In this document: one piece after another, positions 36,466 to 44,478 of the stretch | Position numbering within the stretch: the first letter of the stretch is position 1 | Layout of the letters: each line of letters starts with the position of its first letter | DNA from: Bacillales bacterium UBA2253 | Lineage (GTDB): Bacteria > Bacillota_I > Bacilli_A > ML615J-28 > CAG-698 | NCBI GenBank assembly: GCA_002347755.1 | Contig: DDXT01000036.1 | Coordinates: 1-53,157 of the forward strand | DNA length: 53,157 nt | Direction of reading: 5' to 3' | Made by a program: the position numbers and the translations under genes | The notes under the pieces: generated by a model | Databases searched by the model: none | Told to the model about the DNA's origin: nothing | Seen by the model: the letters and a program-made list of their open reading frames with translations, nothing else

Positions 36466-38355
36466 TTATTTATTTTTGGATTCGGTATTGACCCGGTAAA
36501 TATCGCCGTTCAGCCGCAGTTCGGTTCGTGGCGAAAGCGAAATTCCCAGAATTTTGGCGCCCTCAGGCATGCTCAGCCGTTTGTATTGTTGCGAATAGAA
36601 ACGCTGGTTGAAATGATCAACCGCGGCTTTGGCCTTCAGCGGTTCCATTCCAAAAGCTTTGGTCATCAGATAAGCGATGCGGCCGCCGTCATCGCCATTG
36701 ACCAGAAAATGATAAAGAATAAAATCGTTGATCTCATATTTTCCGATGATGTCTTCGGTTTTTTGTTTGTTGTTGGACAATTCCGGAGAAATCGGGGTTT
36801 CCAGAACGGAGTCAATCACGGCCGCGACTTCCGGGTAGATGCCCTTGTAAAAACGAACGGTTTCTTTGACGGCCGTCTTGGTCAGCCCGGCGTTCAAACC
36901 ATACATGGCCATTTGGTCGCCGTTGAAAGTCGACCAGCCCAAAGCCACTTCGCTCATGTCGGAAGTGCCGATGACAATTCCTTTTTCCAGATTGGCCAGA
37001 TTCATCAGCGTATAGGTGCGGAACCGGGCTTGGATGTTCTCGTAAGTGACATCCTTCGGCTCTTTCTTGTGGCCGATGAGGTTCATCTGCCGATTGACGT
37101 CTTCCTGAATGGGAATTTCTTTATAAGTTACTTTGAGTTTGGAGATGAGTTCTTTGGCGTTTTTGAAGGTGATCTCGCTGTTTTCCTGCGAAGGCAAGGT
37201 AACGGCAATGATGTCTTTGCGATTCAGATGGTATCGGTCATAAGCATAGCAAAGCGAAAGCAAAGCCAAAGTCGAATCAAGTCCGCCGCTGACGCCCAGA
37301 ACGGTCTTGGTGATCCCGATATAATCGAGCCGTTTGATGACGCTGGCCGCTTGAATGTTTATGACGTCAACGTAGTCATCCCGGTGTTTCGGAACAAAAG
37401 GCAGTTTTTCGATTTCGTGTTCGAATACATAATCTTCATCATTATCCAGATCGAATTGGACGATGTTGATCGATTCATCGCGGATCGAATCCTGAATGCT
37501 CTTGTAATAACAATTGTTGCGGCGAAGGTAATGAAGTTTGAGAATGTCGATGTCGCCGTAAATGATGCTGCTTTTCAAAGAAATATCATCATCTTCGGCG
37601 ATGATGTTCCCGTTTTCGGAAATCAGTTTATGGCTGCTGAAAACAGCTTCGCTGCTTGATTCGCTGGCATTGTTGGAAACATAAACATAGGCGCCGTTGA
37701 ACTTCAAACTGATGCTTTCGGTCAGGATCTGCCGTTTAAAACGTTTCCCAACATGCGCCGGCGAAGCGCTGGCGTTAAAAACAATCAACGCACCGTTGCC
37801 ATATAATCTTTCATTCGGGGAGATCGGCGCCCACATGTCCGCGCAAACTTCGGCTCCGAATTTGACTTCCTGGGTGGAATTTTGGAAGATGATCTTTCCA
37901 AACGGGATGTCTTGGTCAAAAAGGTGAACGCTGCGCAAATCTTTGCTGACATTGGTGCCCGCCGCAAACCACCTGGCCTCGTAGAACTCGTTGGTATGAG
38001 GAAGAAAATTTTTGGGAACGATTCCCAGGATCCGGTCTTTTTGCGCAATGAAGCCGCAATTATAGATGGTATCATTAATGACTACGAAAGATCCGAAAAT
38101 TATGATGCCTTTGAAAGGATTGTGAGCCAGCAGATATTTGATTCCCGCCAATGAATCGTCGTAAAGATACTTTTGGAAAACCAGATCACCCACCGAATAG
38201 CCGGAAATGCATAGTTCCGGAAAGCATATGATGGCGGGATCTTTCTTGGTGGCATTCTCCAACATTCGAAGCATTTCATTGACGTTAAACATTACATCGC
38301 CGACTCGGGCAGTCGGGCAAGCCGCAGCGACTTTTAAAAATCCATGTGAATACAT
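36466..38355 (-). CDS. nadE: Glutamine-dependent NAD+ synthetase
   Basis: 629 aa. N-terminal CN-hydrolase domain and a C-terminal synthetase domain with the SGGLDS PP-loop. Confidence 0.92.
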   Translation of the reverse strand: MYSHGFLKVAAACPTARVGDVMFNVNEMLRMLENATKKDPAIICFPELCISGYSVGDLVFQKYLYDDSLAGIKYLLAHNPFKGIIIFGSFVVINDTIYNCGFIAQKDRILGIVPKNFLPHTNEFYEARWFAAGTNVSKDLRSVHLFDQDIPFGKIIFQNSTQEVKFGAEVCADMWAPISPNERLYGNGALIVFNASASPAHVGKRFKRQILTESISLKFNGAYVYVSNNASESSSEAVFSSHKLISENGNIIAEDDDISLKSSIIYGDIDILKLHYLRRNNCYYKSIQDSIRDESINIVQFDLDNDEDYVFEHEIEKLPFVPKHRDDYVDVINIQAASVIKRLDYIGITKTVLGVSGGLDSTLALLSLCYAYDRYHLNRKDIIAVTLPSQENSEITFKNAKELISKLKVTYKEIPIQEDVNRQMNLIGHKKEPKDVTYENIQARFRTYTLMNLANLEKGIVIGTSDMSEVALGWSTFNGDQMAMYGLNAGLTKTAVKETVRFYKGIYPEVAAVIDSVLETPISPELSNNKQKTEDIIGKYEINDFILYHFLVNGDDGGRIAYLMTKAFGMEPLKAKAAVDHFNQRFYSQQYKRLSMPEGAKILGISLSPRTELRLNGDIYRVNTESKNK

Positions 38356-38358
38356 CTT

Positions 38359-38922
38359 TTACTCCTTATACAATTGGTTTTTCGCAATATATTCTGCTAC
38401 TTCCGGAAGCAAGTATTGGGGATCTTGAGTTTTCCGGTATTCGCTTGAAGAAATGTATACTTCCTTGAAATCAAAAAGAATGGTGAATTGGGTTCGGTTT
38501 TCCGCTAGTACGGGGTTACTTTGGAAAATGGCCTCAATGTCGATTCCGTTTCGGGGGACAACCAGAAAATGGTTGTTTTTGACCACATTCGGATAATTAA
38601 TCCAAGTATGAATGGTTTGAAGATTGTCCGCGCCAAGGACGAACCAGGAATCCGGAAAATGGCCAAGAGTATAAGCGGTTCCATAATAATGGTCAAGTTT
38701 CAATTCAAAATCGCTGATTTTGGCTCTTCTTCCCAGTTTCTTGCCCATGATCCGAAGCAGTTTCAGCCGAATTCGGAAATCTTTCAAGTTATCTTTTTCA
38801 TAAAAGTTGTTTGTTGGCAAAAATATGAAATCGTCCTTAGGAAATTTTTCCATGATGAACCGGGCAATCAAAAAGTGTGCCAAAGTCGGGGGATTAAAGG
38901 ATCCTCCGTAAATTATTTGCAT
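38359..38922 (-). CDS. nadD: Nicotinate-nucleotide adenylyltransferase
   Basis: YGGSFNPPTLAH (HxGH-type) and ISSSEYR motifs. Confidence 0.9.
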   Translation of the reverse strand: MQIIYGGSFNPPTLAHFLIARFIMEKFPKDDFIFLPTNNFYEKDNLKDFRIRLKLLRIMGKKLGRRAKISDFELKLDHYYGTAYTLGHFPDSWFVLGADNLQTIHTWINYPNVVKNNHFLVVPRNGIDIEAIFQSNPVLAENRTQFTILFDFKEVYISSSEYRKTQDPQYLLPEVAEYIAKNQLYKE

Positions 38923-39108
38923 AACCTCACCTGTTAAACGAAAAATGGCTTAGCCTGAAAATCCGTTAAAATTCGTTTGCATTGTTATTTTATCATAGTT
39001 ATTGCTTTTTGTTAAGCGATTTCGTGCAAACAAAAAACACACGGTTCCGAAAATGATGAAAAAAGTCATTTCCCAGAAATCGTGTGCTCTGCGGATTGCT
39101 TGATAAAG

Positions 39109-39162
39109 TTATTTTGCCGGACGCGGGCAAATCGGCTTTGGTAATGGTCTGAAGTTGCTCAT
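39109..39162 (-). CDS. Candidate 17-aa proline-rich micro-ORF (MSNFRPLPKPICPRPAK)
   Basis: Perfect AGGAGG that overlaps the rsmH TAG stop, 6 nt before the ATG. A long hairpin plus T6 follows. No homology assessed. Confidence 0.3.
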   Translation of the reverse strand: MSNFRPLPKPICPRPAK

Positions 39163-39172
39163 AATGTACCTC

Positions 39173-40108
39173 CTAAATTTTTTCCAAAATTCTGAGCTTA
39201 GCGCTATGAGAGCGATGATTGTTTTGTAGTTCCTCTTCGGTTGGGGTGATCACTTTATTATTTACCAATCGGAAATAATGAGGGATGTCGCGATCCCGAA
39301 TCGGAAGCTTTGACGGCATTTGACTTTCGATTTGCTCTTTGAAAATATGCTTGCAAATCCGATCTTCCAAAGAATGGAAAGTAATAACCGCGATTCTTCC
39401 GCCGCTGCGAAGCAATGAGATGGCATCAGTAAGACTTTTTTCGAAGACATTGAGTTCATCGTTGACCGCGATGCGCAAAGCTTGGAAGACTTGTTTGGCC
39501 GGATGGCCGCCCGTTCGCCGTGCAAAAGCCGGAATGCCTTTTTTGATGATTTCCACCAACTCGAAAGTTGTTTCGATCGGTGAGTCCTCGCGGGCTTGAA
39601 TGATCTTTTTCGCGATGCCAGGGGCAAATCTTTCTTCCCCGTAATCATAGAAAATTTTCTTCAGTTCTTCGAAACTGTAATAATTCACGATGTCAAAAGC
39701 TGTTAATTCTTGGTTTTGATTCATCCTCATGTCGAGGCGCGAGTCAAAATTGTAACTGAACCCGCGTTCGCCGACGTCAAATTGAAAGGCGGATACTCCC
39801 AGATCATACAGAATACCGTCAACGGCTTCAACTTCGATGTTTTTTAAATCTTGTTTAATGTTGGCAAAGTTGTCCGGAATAACCGTAAAGTTATTGCCTA
39901 TCTCCAAAAGCCGAGCTGAGCCTCGATAAATAGCATGTTCATCTTGATCAAAGCAATAAAGATGCCCATTTTTTGATAGTCTCCTTAAAATTTCGGAAGA
40001 GTGGCCCGCCCCGCCCATGGTGCAGTCGACATAGATGCCGCTCTCCCTTATATTTAAACCTTCAATGGTTTCTCGCAACATAACTGGAATATGCTTCTGT
40101 ATTTCCAT
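39173..40108 (-). CDS. rsmH: 16S rRNA (cytosine1402-N4)-methyltransferase
   Basis: HIPVML...YVDCTMGGAGHS... signature. TAATG overlap with mraZ. Confidence 0.95.
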   Translation of the reverse strand: MEIQKHIPVMLRETIEGLNIRESGIYVDCTMGGAGHSSEILRRLSKNGHLYCFDQDEHAIYRGSARLLEIGNNFTVIPDNFANIKQDLKNIEVEAVDGILYDLGVSAFQFDVGERGFSYNFDSRLDMRMNQNQELTAFDIVNYYSFEELKKIFYDYGEERFAPGIAKKIIQAREDSPIETTFELVEIIKKGIPAFARRTGGHPAKQVFQALRIAVNDELNVFEKSLTDAISLLRSGGRIAVITFHSLEDRICKHIFKEQIESQMPSKLPIRDRDIPHYFRLVNNKVITPTEEELQNNHRSHSAKLRILEKI

Positions 40109-40536
40109 TATACATCCAGCTCGATTTCTTCGCTGATTGAGTCAATTACTGACTGGCGATCCTGATAGTACTTGATCCACGCTTCTTTATCCCAAATTTC
40201 CAATCTTTGGCCAACGCCAAGAATTACGCAATCTTTCTTTAATCCCGAATATTCGATGAGGATTGAATCCAGATTGATTCGTCCTTTGGTATCAATTTCG
40301 CGTTGATAAGCGCCGGATAGGAACAAACGGCTGAATTCACGGTTGTTTTTCTTGGTAAACGAGAGGTTGGATATTTTATCCACCATGACTTTCCAAGCAT
40401 CGGTCGGATAGACGTAGAGACATTTTTCGATTCCGCGGGCGACTATCACTTCTTCCCCCAAACCTTTTCGGAGCTCGCTGGGAAGAAAAAGCCGGCCTTT
40501 TTCGTCGATGTTAAAATGAAATTCGCCTATAAACAT
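40108..40536 (-). CDS. mraZ: Transcriptional regulator MraZ
   Basis: MFIGEFHFNIDEKGRLFLP... with two SpoVT/AbrB-like repeats (DxxGR). The ATG at 40536 follows GGAGG (trimmed from the GTG at 40548). Confidence 0.93.
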   Translation of the reverse strand: MFIGEFHFNIDEKGRLFLPSELRKGLGEEVIVARGIEKCLYVYPTDAWKVMVDKISNLSFTKKNNREFSRLFLSGAYQREIDTKGRINLDSILIEYSGLKKDCVILGVGQRLEIWDKEAWIKYYQDRQSVIDSISEEIELDV

Positions 40537-40543
40537 AGATTCC

Positions 40544-40568
40544 TCCACTTTTACCCACTTTGACCCAC
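40544..40568 (-). promoter_or_regulatory. MraZ operator: three GTGGG/GTGGA boxes at 10-nt spacing
   Basis: On the minus strand GTGGGtcaaaGTGGGtaaaaGTGGAgg, directly upstream of and overlapping the mraZ RBS. Confidence 0.65.
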
Positions 40569-40659
40569 ATTTATGGTATCACGATACTTTTTTAAATGCA
40601 ATAACTATTTTAAAATATTTTCCAAATATTTTACGATTTTTGGCTATTTTTGCCAAATA

Positions 40660-40690
40660 AAATTAAAAAGCACTCTTTTCGAGTGCTTTT
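40660..40690 (-). terminator. Intrinsic terminator after rpmF
   Basis: Stem aaagcactc/gagtgcttt plus a T-run on the minus strand. Confidence 0.7.
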
Positions 40691-40710
40691 AATGAAGTAA
40701 AAATGAATTT

Positions 40711-41076
40711 TTACTTGCCTTCGGCCGGTTTTTTGACCGCGCTTACGGTTGATTTAACTTCGGATTTGGTTCCCAAGCTAACTTTGCTTCCTCCGGCTTT
40801 GTTGGATTTCATTGATTGTTTACGAGCGGTAGCAGTCTTGGCTTTGCTTTCAGCTTTTGCTTCAGCAGTTTCTTCGGTTGCTTCCGGAGTTTCCTTTACC
40901 TTGATTTCTTTAACGAGTTTCCCATCGTAGAAACCGCACTCTTTGCAAATCGTGTGGGCGAGTTTCATCTCTCCGCAATTCGGACATACCATCATTCCTG
41001 GTAATTCCAATTTGAAATGAGTACGACGAAGGCGTTTTCTAGTCTTGGATGTTCTTCTCTGAGGACAGATTGCCAT
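40711..41076 (-). CDS. rpmF: 50S ribosomal protein L32 with a ~60-aa Lys/Ala/Glu/Ser/Thr-rich C-terminal extension
   Basis: The N-terminal 58 aa are canonical L32 ([17 protein letters not shown]...[18 protein letters not shown]). The ORF continues in frame for another ~60 residues. Confidence 0.85.
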   Translation of the reverse strand: MAICPQRRTSKTRKRLRRTHFKLELPGMMVCPNCGEMKLAHTICKECGFYDGKLVKEIKVKETPEATEETAEAKAESKAKTATARKQSMKSNKAGGSKVSLGTKSEVKSTVSAVKKPAEGK

Positions 41077-41096
41077 TTCTTCTTTTCACCTCTGCT

Positions 41097-41495
41097 TTAC
41101 TGTTGATTATTCGGTATTTCTTCTTTGACGATCCGTAGGGGTTTTTCCAAATAAAGGTCTTCCCAAACGATGTCATGCAAATCAATGGTGTTCTTTTCGA
41201 TGACTCGGGTGTCGTCGTCGTAAAGTTCGACGTCAAATATTTCCGTAACTTGGATGTCCATCGGATATTCAATGGGATCCAAAGTCCGGGCATCTTCAAC
41301 GGTGAGAACCGCCACGATGTGCAGATCAAATTTGAATCGATCGGCATAAAGGTTTTGGCCGACGCCATCAATCTTAACCAATGAAATTGCCAAAATGTCA
41401 TCAATGTTTTCGATTTCTTTGGTAAAATCAAATGTGGTTTGGAAGGTAAACGGCCGGCCTAAGTATTTGTGTAATTGTTGAAGCGACCATTTCAT
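41097..41495 (-). CDS. yceD: YceD (DUF177) family protein
   Basis: Conserved position immediately upstream of rpmF. 132 aa, acidic. Confidence 0.75.
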   Translation of the reverse strand: MKWSLQQLHKYLGRPFTFQTTFDFTKEIENIDDILAISLVKIDGVGQNLYADRFKFDLHIVAVLTVEDARTLDPIEYPMDIQVTEIFDVELYDDDTRVIEKNTIDLHDIVWEDLYLEKPLRIVKEEIPNNQQ

Positions 41496-41518
41496 AGTAA
41501 CACCTAATAACCTTGTTT

Positions 41519-41547
41519 ATTATACACTTTTCCTTAAAAAAAGTCAA
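41519..41547 (-). promoter_or_regulatory. SigA-type promoter of yceD-rpmF
   Basis: TTGACT (41547-41542), 17 nt, TATAAT (41524-41519). Confidence 0.65.
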
Positions 41548-41564
41548 ATGAATTTTTGTGGTTT

Positions 41565-42800
41565 TTATTCCAATCCAGCCAAAGCATTTTTAATCCGAGC
41601 GGCCAATCCGGTGACTTCGCTCAAAGTAATGCCACAAAGGGCAACGCGGACCGAGTCGTCAAACGGAAGCAAGTAAAGCTTGGCCGTTTCTTTCAAAGCC
41701 ATTAAGGCTTGGTCTTTGTCTTTGACGGGAATGGTAACAAAGAACCCGCTGTGATACGGATAAGTCTTCAGCCCGACGGCTTGGGCTTCTTTCAAAAACA
41801 AGTCGGAGCGTCTCTTGATCGTGGCAACCACGTCATCTAGTTCCTTCAAAAAGGTTTGTTTGATGGTGGGATTCTTGTCAAAGCCGATCAGAATGCTGAT
41901 CAAGCCTTTGTTGCAATTGGACCAGTTGTTTCGGGCCGTGAAGTTGGCCGCATTATAAAAATCCCTGACGGCTTCCCGGTCTTTGCCAACAATGATCTGG
42001 GAGCCCAAGCGTTGGCCATAAACCGCAAACGTTTTGGAGGCGCTGAAAGCCACATTGATCAGAACATTTTCGTTGGCTTTGGCGAAAAGGCGGAACTTGG
42101 CCCGGGAGGCGTTTCGGCCTTCATAAGCAAAATCCAAATAAGCCGCATCATAAATCAAAACGGATGGGCATTTCTGCCGGTTCAGGTATTCAATGATCTT
42201 TTCCAGTTCCAATGGAGATAATGAATAACCGGTTGGGTTGTTGCAAGGATCGTTGATGATGGTCACCAGCTTATTTTGTTTGGCAATGATCTGATCGGCT
42301 TTTAGGACAAAAGACTCAAAATCAAAATGATCGCCATTTAGAAATCGGTATTTTGAGACATTCAAATTCCGGTTGGCCGCAATGCCCGAATAAGGGCCCC
42401 AAGCCAAATTGGGAAAAAGCAAGATTTCTCCCGCGTCCAAACTGTTGAAAATGATGCTGCTTAGCGCTCCGGTTCCGCCGGGAGTCGGGATGGCTTTGAG
42501 AAACATTTGTTCCTCGATAAACCCTCGTTCCGCTTCGAAAACCCAATTCAAAACCGCGTTTTCAAAATCAGGTCCGCCATCACTGGTGGCATAAGCAAAC
42601 ACTTGATCGTCAGGCAAACTAAAAAGGAAGTCTTTGACGGTTTGAAAAGTCCGGAATTGGTGGTCTTCGTAATGAAAGGTTCCCAAAGTACAATCCAAGA
42701 CGGCAGGGTCAAGTTTTTTGGCGTTCTTCGCTTCCGTGGAAATTTGGAAGGCATCGCTTTTCAGGACTTTTCCGGTGGCATGGTTGGCAAGTATTTTCAT
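41565..42800 (-). CDS. Class-I (AspC/TyrB-type) PLP-dependent aminotransferase
   Basis: SASKTFAVYGQRLG matches the SxSKNFGLYxERxG PLP-lysine motif of subfamily I-alpha. 411 aa. Confidence 0.8.
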   Translation of the reverse strand: MKILANHATGKVLKSDAFQISTEAKNAKKLDPAVLDCTLGTFHYEDHQFRTFQTVKDFLFSLPDDQVFAYATSDGGPDFENAVLNWVFEAERGFIEEQMFLKAIPTPGGTGALSSIIFNSLDAGEILLFPNLAWGPYSGIAANRNLNVSKYRFLNGDHFDFESFVLKADQIIAKQNKLVTIINDPCNNPTGYSLSPLELEKIIEYLNRQKCPSVLIYDAAYLDFAYEGRNASRAKFRLFAKANENVLINVAFSASKTFAVYGQRLGSQIIVGKDREAVRDFYNAANFTARNNWSNCNKGLISILIGFDKNPTIKQTFLKELDDVVATIKRRSDLFLKEAQAVGLKTYPYHSGFFVTIPVKDKDQALMALKETAKLYLLPFDDSVRVALCGITLSEVTGLAARIKNALAGLE

Positions 42801-43351
42801 TCTTTCACCTTTTTTATTTTATTGATTATTTTTTCGCGATATTTTAGTAACAAGATCAAAGATTTCGCATCGGTTATCTCCCCGCGGTCAACCATTTCGA
42901 AAGCTTGGTCAATCGGAATGGAAACTACATCCAAAAATTCGTCTTCATCAAGCGCGTTTTTGGAAAGCCCAAAATCATCGGTAAAATACAAATAAAGCTT
43001 TTCTTCCGAATATCCGGGAGACGGATAGCAAAATCCGGCTTTTTCAATGGAGTTGACAGTGGCTCCGGTCTCTTCCTTCAATTCGCGGATGATGGTGGCA
43101 TCCGGTTCTTCACCTTTCTCGATTTTTCCAGCCGGAAGTTCCATAAGGATGCCTTGGCAGGGAACCCGGAATTGGCTGACAAACAAAATGCAACCGTCTT
43201 TCACCGCCAAGGCGCAAACCCCGCCGCGATGTTCGACGATTTCCCGGCGGGCGGTTTTCCCGTTTGGAAGCCGAACTTCGTCCTGACGAACGTTGAGGAT
43301 CTTTCCCTCGTAAACACGGATTTGGGATAAAGTTTCTTCAATCTTTTTCAT
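42797..43351 (-). CDS. Nudix hydrolase (ADP-ribose pyrophosphatase-like)
   Basis: Nudix box GKIEKGEEPDATIIRELKEETG. The start was trimmed from 43378 to MKKIEETL. Confidence 0.8.
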   Translation of the reverse strand: MKKIEETLSQIRVYEGKILNVRQDEVRLPNGKTARREIVEHRGGVCALAVKDGCILFVSQFRVPCQGILMELPAGKIEKGEEPDATIIRELKEETGATVNSIEKAGFCYPSPGYSEEKLYLYFTDDFGLSKNALDEDEFLDVVSIPIDQAFEMVDRGEITDAKSLILLLKYREKIINKIKKVKE

Positions 43352-43419
43352 AAAAACCCCATTTACATTATATACCAAAAAAAAGGATTAATCAACAAAA
43401 AGGCAAAAAGATGCCTAGA

Positions 43420-43989
43420 TCATTTAAGCATTTCCCGGACTTTTTCGAATCCGATTTTCTTAACCGAGGAGGTCATGATCAAATCGTTTTCGCCGATGTT
43501 CAGTTTCTCTTTTATGGCTTTCTGACGGGCAAAAAGAAGATTGTTTCCGACTTTGTCTGATTTGGTGGCGATTACGACGATCTTCAAGTGCAGTGACCGT
43601 AAAAATTCGCACATCAGAACGTCATCTTCGGTCGGGCCCACTTTGGTATCAACCAGCAAAAAAGCCACTTGCAAATTCTGATTATTGAAAAGATATTCCT
43701 TAACGTAGTTCTTAAAAGATTCCCTGGTTTCATGGCTTTGAGCCGCATACCCATATCCAGGAGCGTCCACAATGAAAAAACGATGGTCAATCAAATAAAA
43801 ATTGAGGAACCGGGTTTTCCCGGGTTTCGAGGATGTGTAGGCCAGTTTTTTTTGGTTGGTCAAGGCGTTGATGAAACTGCTTTTCCCGACGTTTGAACGC
43901 CCTAAAAAAACATACTCGTTCAAACCGGTTTGGTTCGGGTATTGTTCTTTTCCGACCGCGCTAATGATGTATTCACAAATGTTGAACAT
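43420..43989 (-). CDS. engB: Ribosome-biogenesis GTPase EngB/YsxC
   Basis: GRSNVGKSS (G1), DAPGYG (G3), TKSDK (G4). Confidence 0.9.
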   Translation of the reverse strand: MFNICEYIISAVGKEQYPNQTGLNEYVFLGRSNVGKSSFINALTNQKKLAYTSSKPGKTRFLNFYLIDHRFFIVDAPGYGYAAQSHETRESFKNYVKEYLFNNQNLQVAFLLVDTKVGPTEDDVLMCEFLRSLHLKIVVIATKSDKVGNNLLFARQKAIKEKLNIGENDLIMTSSVKKIGFEKVREMLK

Positions 43990-44001
43990 ATTAACCTCAT
44001 A

Positions 44002-44030
44002 TAAAAAATCCCATATGAAGACTCATATGT
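44002..44030 (-). terminator. Hairpin terminator after rnpB
   Basis: Stem catatga/tcatatg plus T6 on the minus strand. Confidence 0.5.
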
Positions 44031-44049
44031 GATTTAAAGGACGTATTCT

Positions 44050-44385
44050 GTAAGCCTTGTTCTGTTCTTCTTTCGAAGCGGTAATCATTTATCTCTGTTT
44101 TAAAGCAGTCTTGACTTCGTTCGATTCCGTCATCAAGATTCCCCTACCAAAATTTGGGTTTCTAGCTTATGGGGTTTACCCGTTCCACTCCTCTCGTTTC
44201 CAAGAGGCATCGTCACTGTGGCACTTTATGAAAACTAGCCATTTGAAAGGTGTTGTTTTCGCCATCGCATTCCAAGCGTCCTAACTTATTAATTAATTAG
44301 GCATAAACATTACAGCATCACAGCATGTGCTAGCAAGGACTTTCCTAACGGACTTCAAGAGTCCGCTCGATTACCCGAATACGGC
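44050..44385 (-). ncRNA. rnpB: RNase P RNA, bacterial type B
   Basis: On the minus strand: TTCGGGTAATCG, AGGAAAGTCC, AAAGTGCCACAGTGACG, GTGGAACGGGTAAACCCC, GAAACCCAAATTTTGGTAGGGGAA, AGATAAATGATTACCGC, CAAGGCTTACAGAA. These blocks are collinear with B. subtilis rnpB. P1 pairs CGTATTC with GAATACG. The ends are approximate (+/-5 nt). Confidence 0.93.
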
Positions 44386-44387
44386 TT

Positions 44388-44416
44388 ATTATACACCAAA
44401 TTCGCCAATCTATCAA
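44388..44416 (-). promoter_or_regulatory. SigA-type promoter of rnpB
   Basis: TTGATA (44416-44411), 17 nt, TATAAT (44393-44388). Confidence 0.65.
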
Positions 44417-44417
44417 T

Positions 44418-44460
44418 AAAAATAAAATAAAAGAGAACCCTTCAATAATGAAAGGTTCTC
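44418..44460 (-). terminator. Intrinsic terminator after pnp
   Basis: Stem gagaacc.../...ggttctc followed by a long T-rich run on the minus strand. Confidence 0.65.
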
Positions 44461-44478
44461 GCTTGTGTATTCTTCGTT

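Noticed and set aside
36439-37659. 406-aa plus-strand ORF antisense to nadE. Similar long antisense ORFs occur at 10096-10959 (dnaJ), 47270-47929 (mtnN), 5029-5631 (rmuC), 15472-16059 and 16075-16572 (nfnB-like).
   Set aside because: They lie entirely inside strongly supported genes on the other strand. Their products are low-complexity (F/G/D/I-rich) and they have no RBS. They are a typical codon-bias shadow of the real gene.
44040-44400. The large gap between engB and pnp was considered for tmRNA, 6S RNA or a riboswitch.
   Set aside because: The sequence aligns block by block with type-B RNase P RNA, so no additional RNA is needed to explain the gap.
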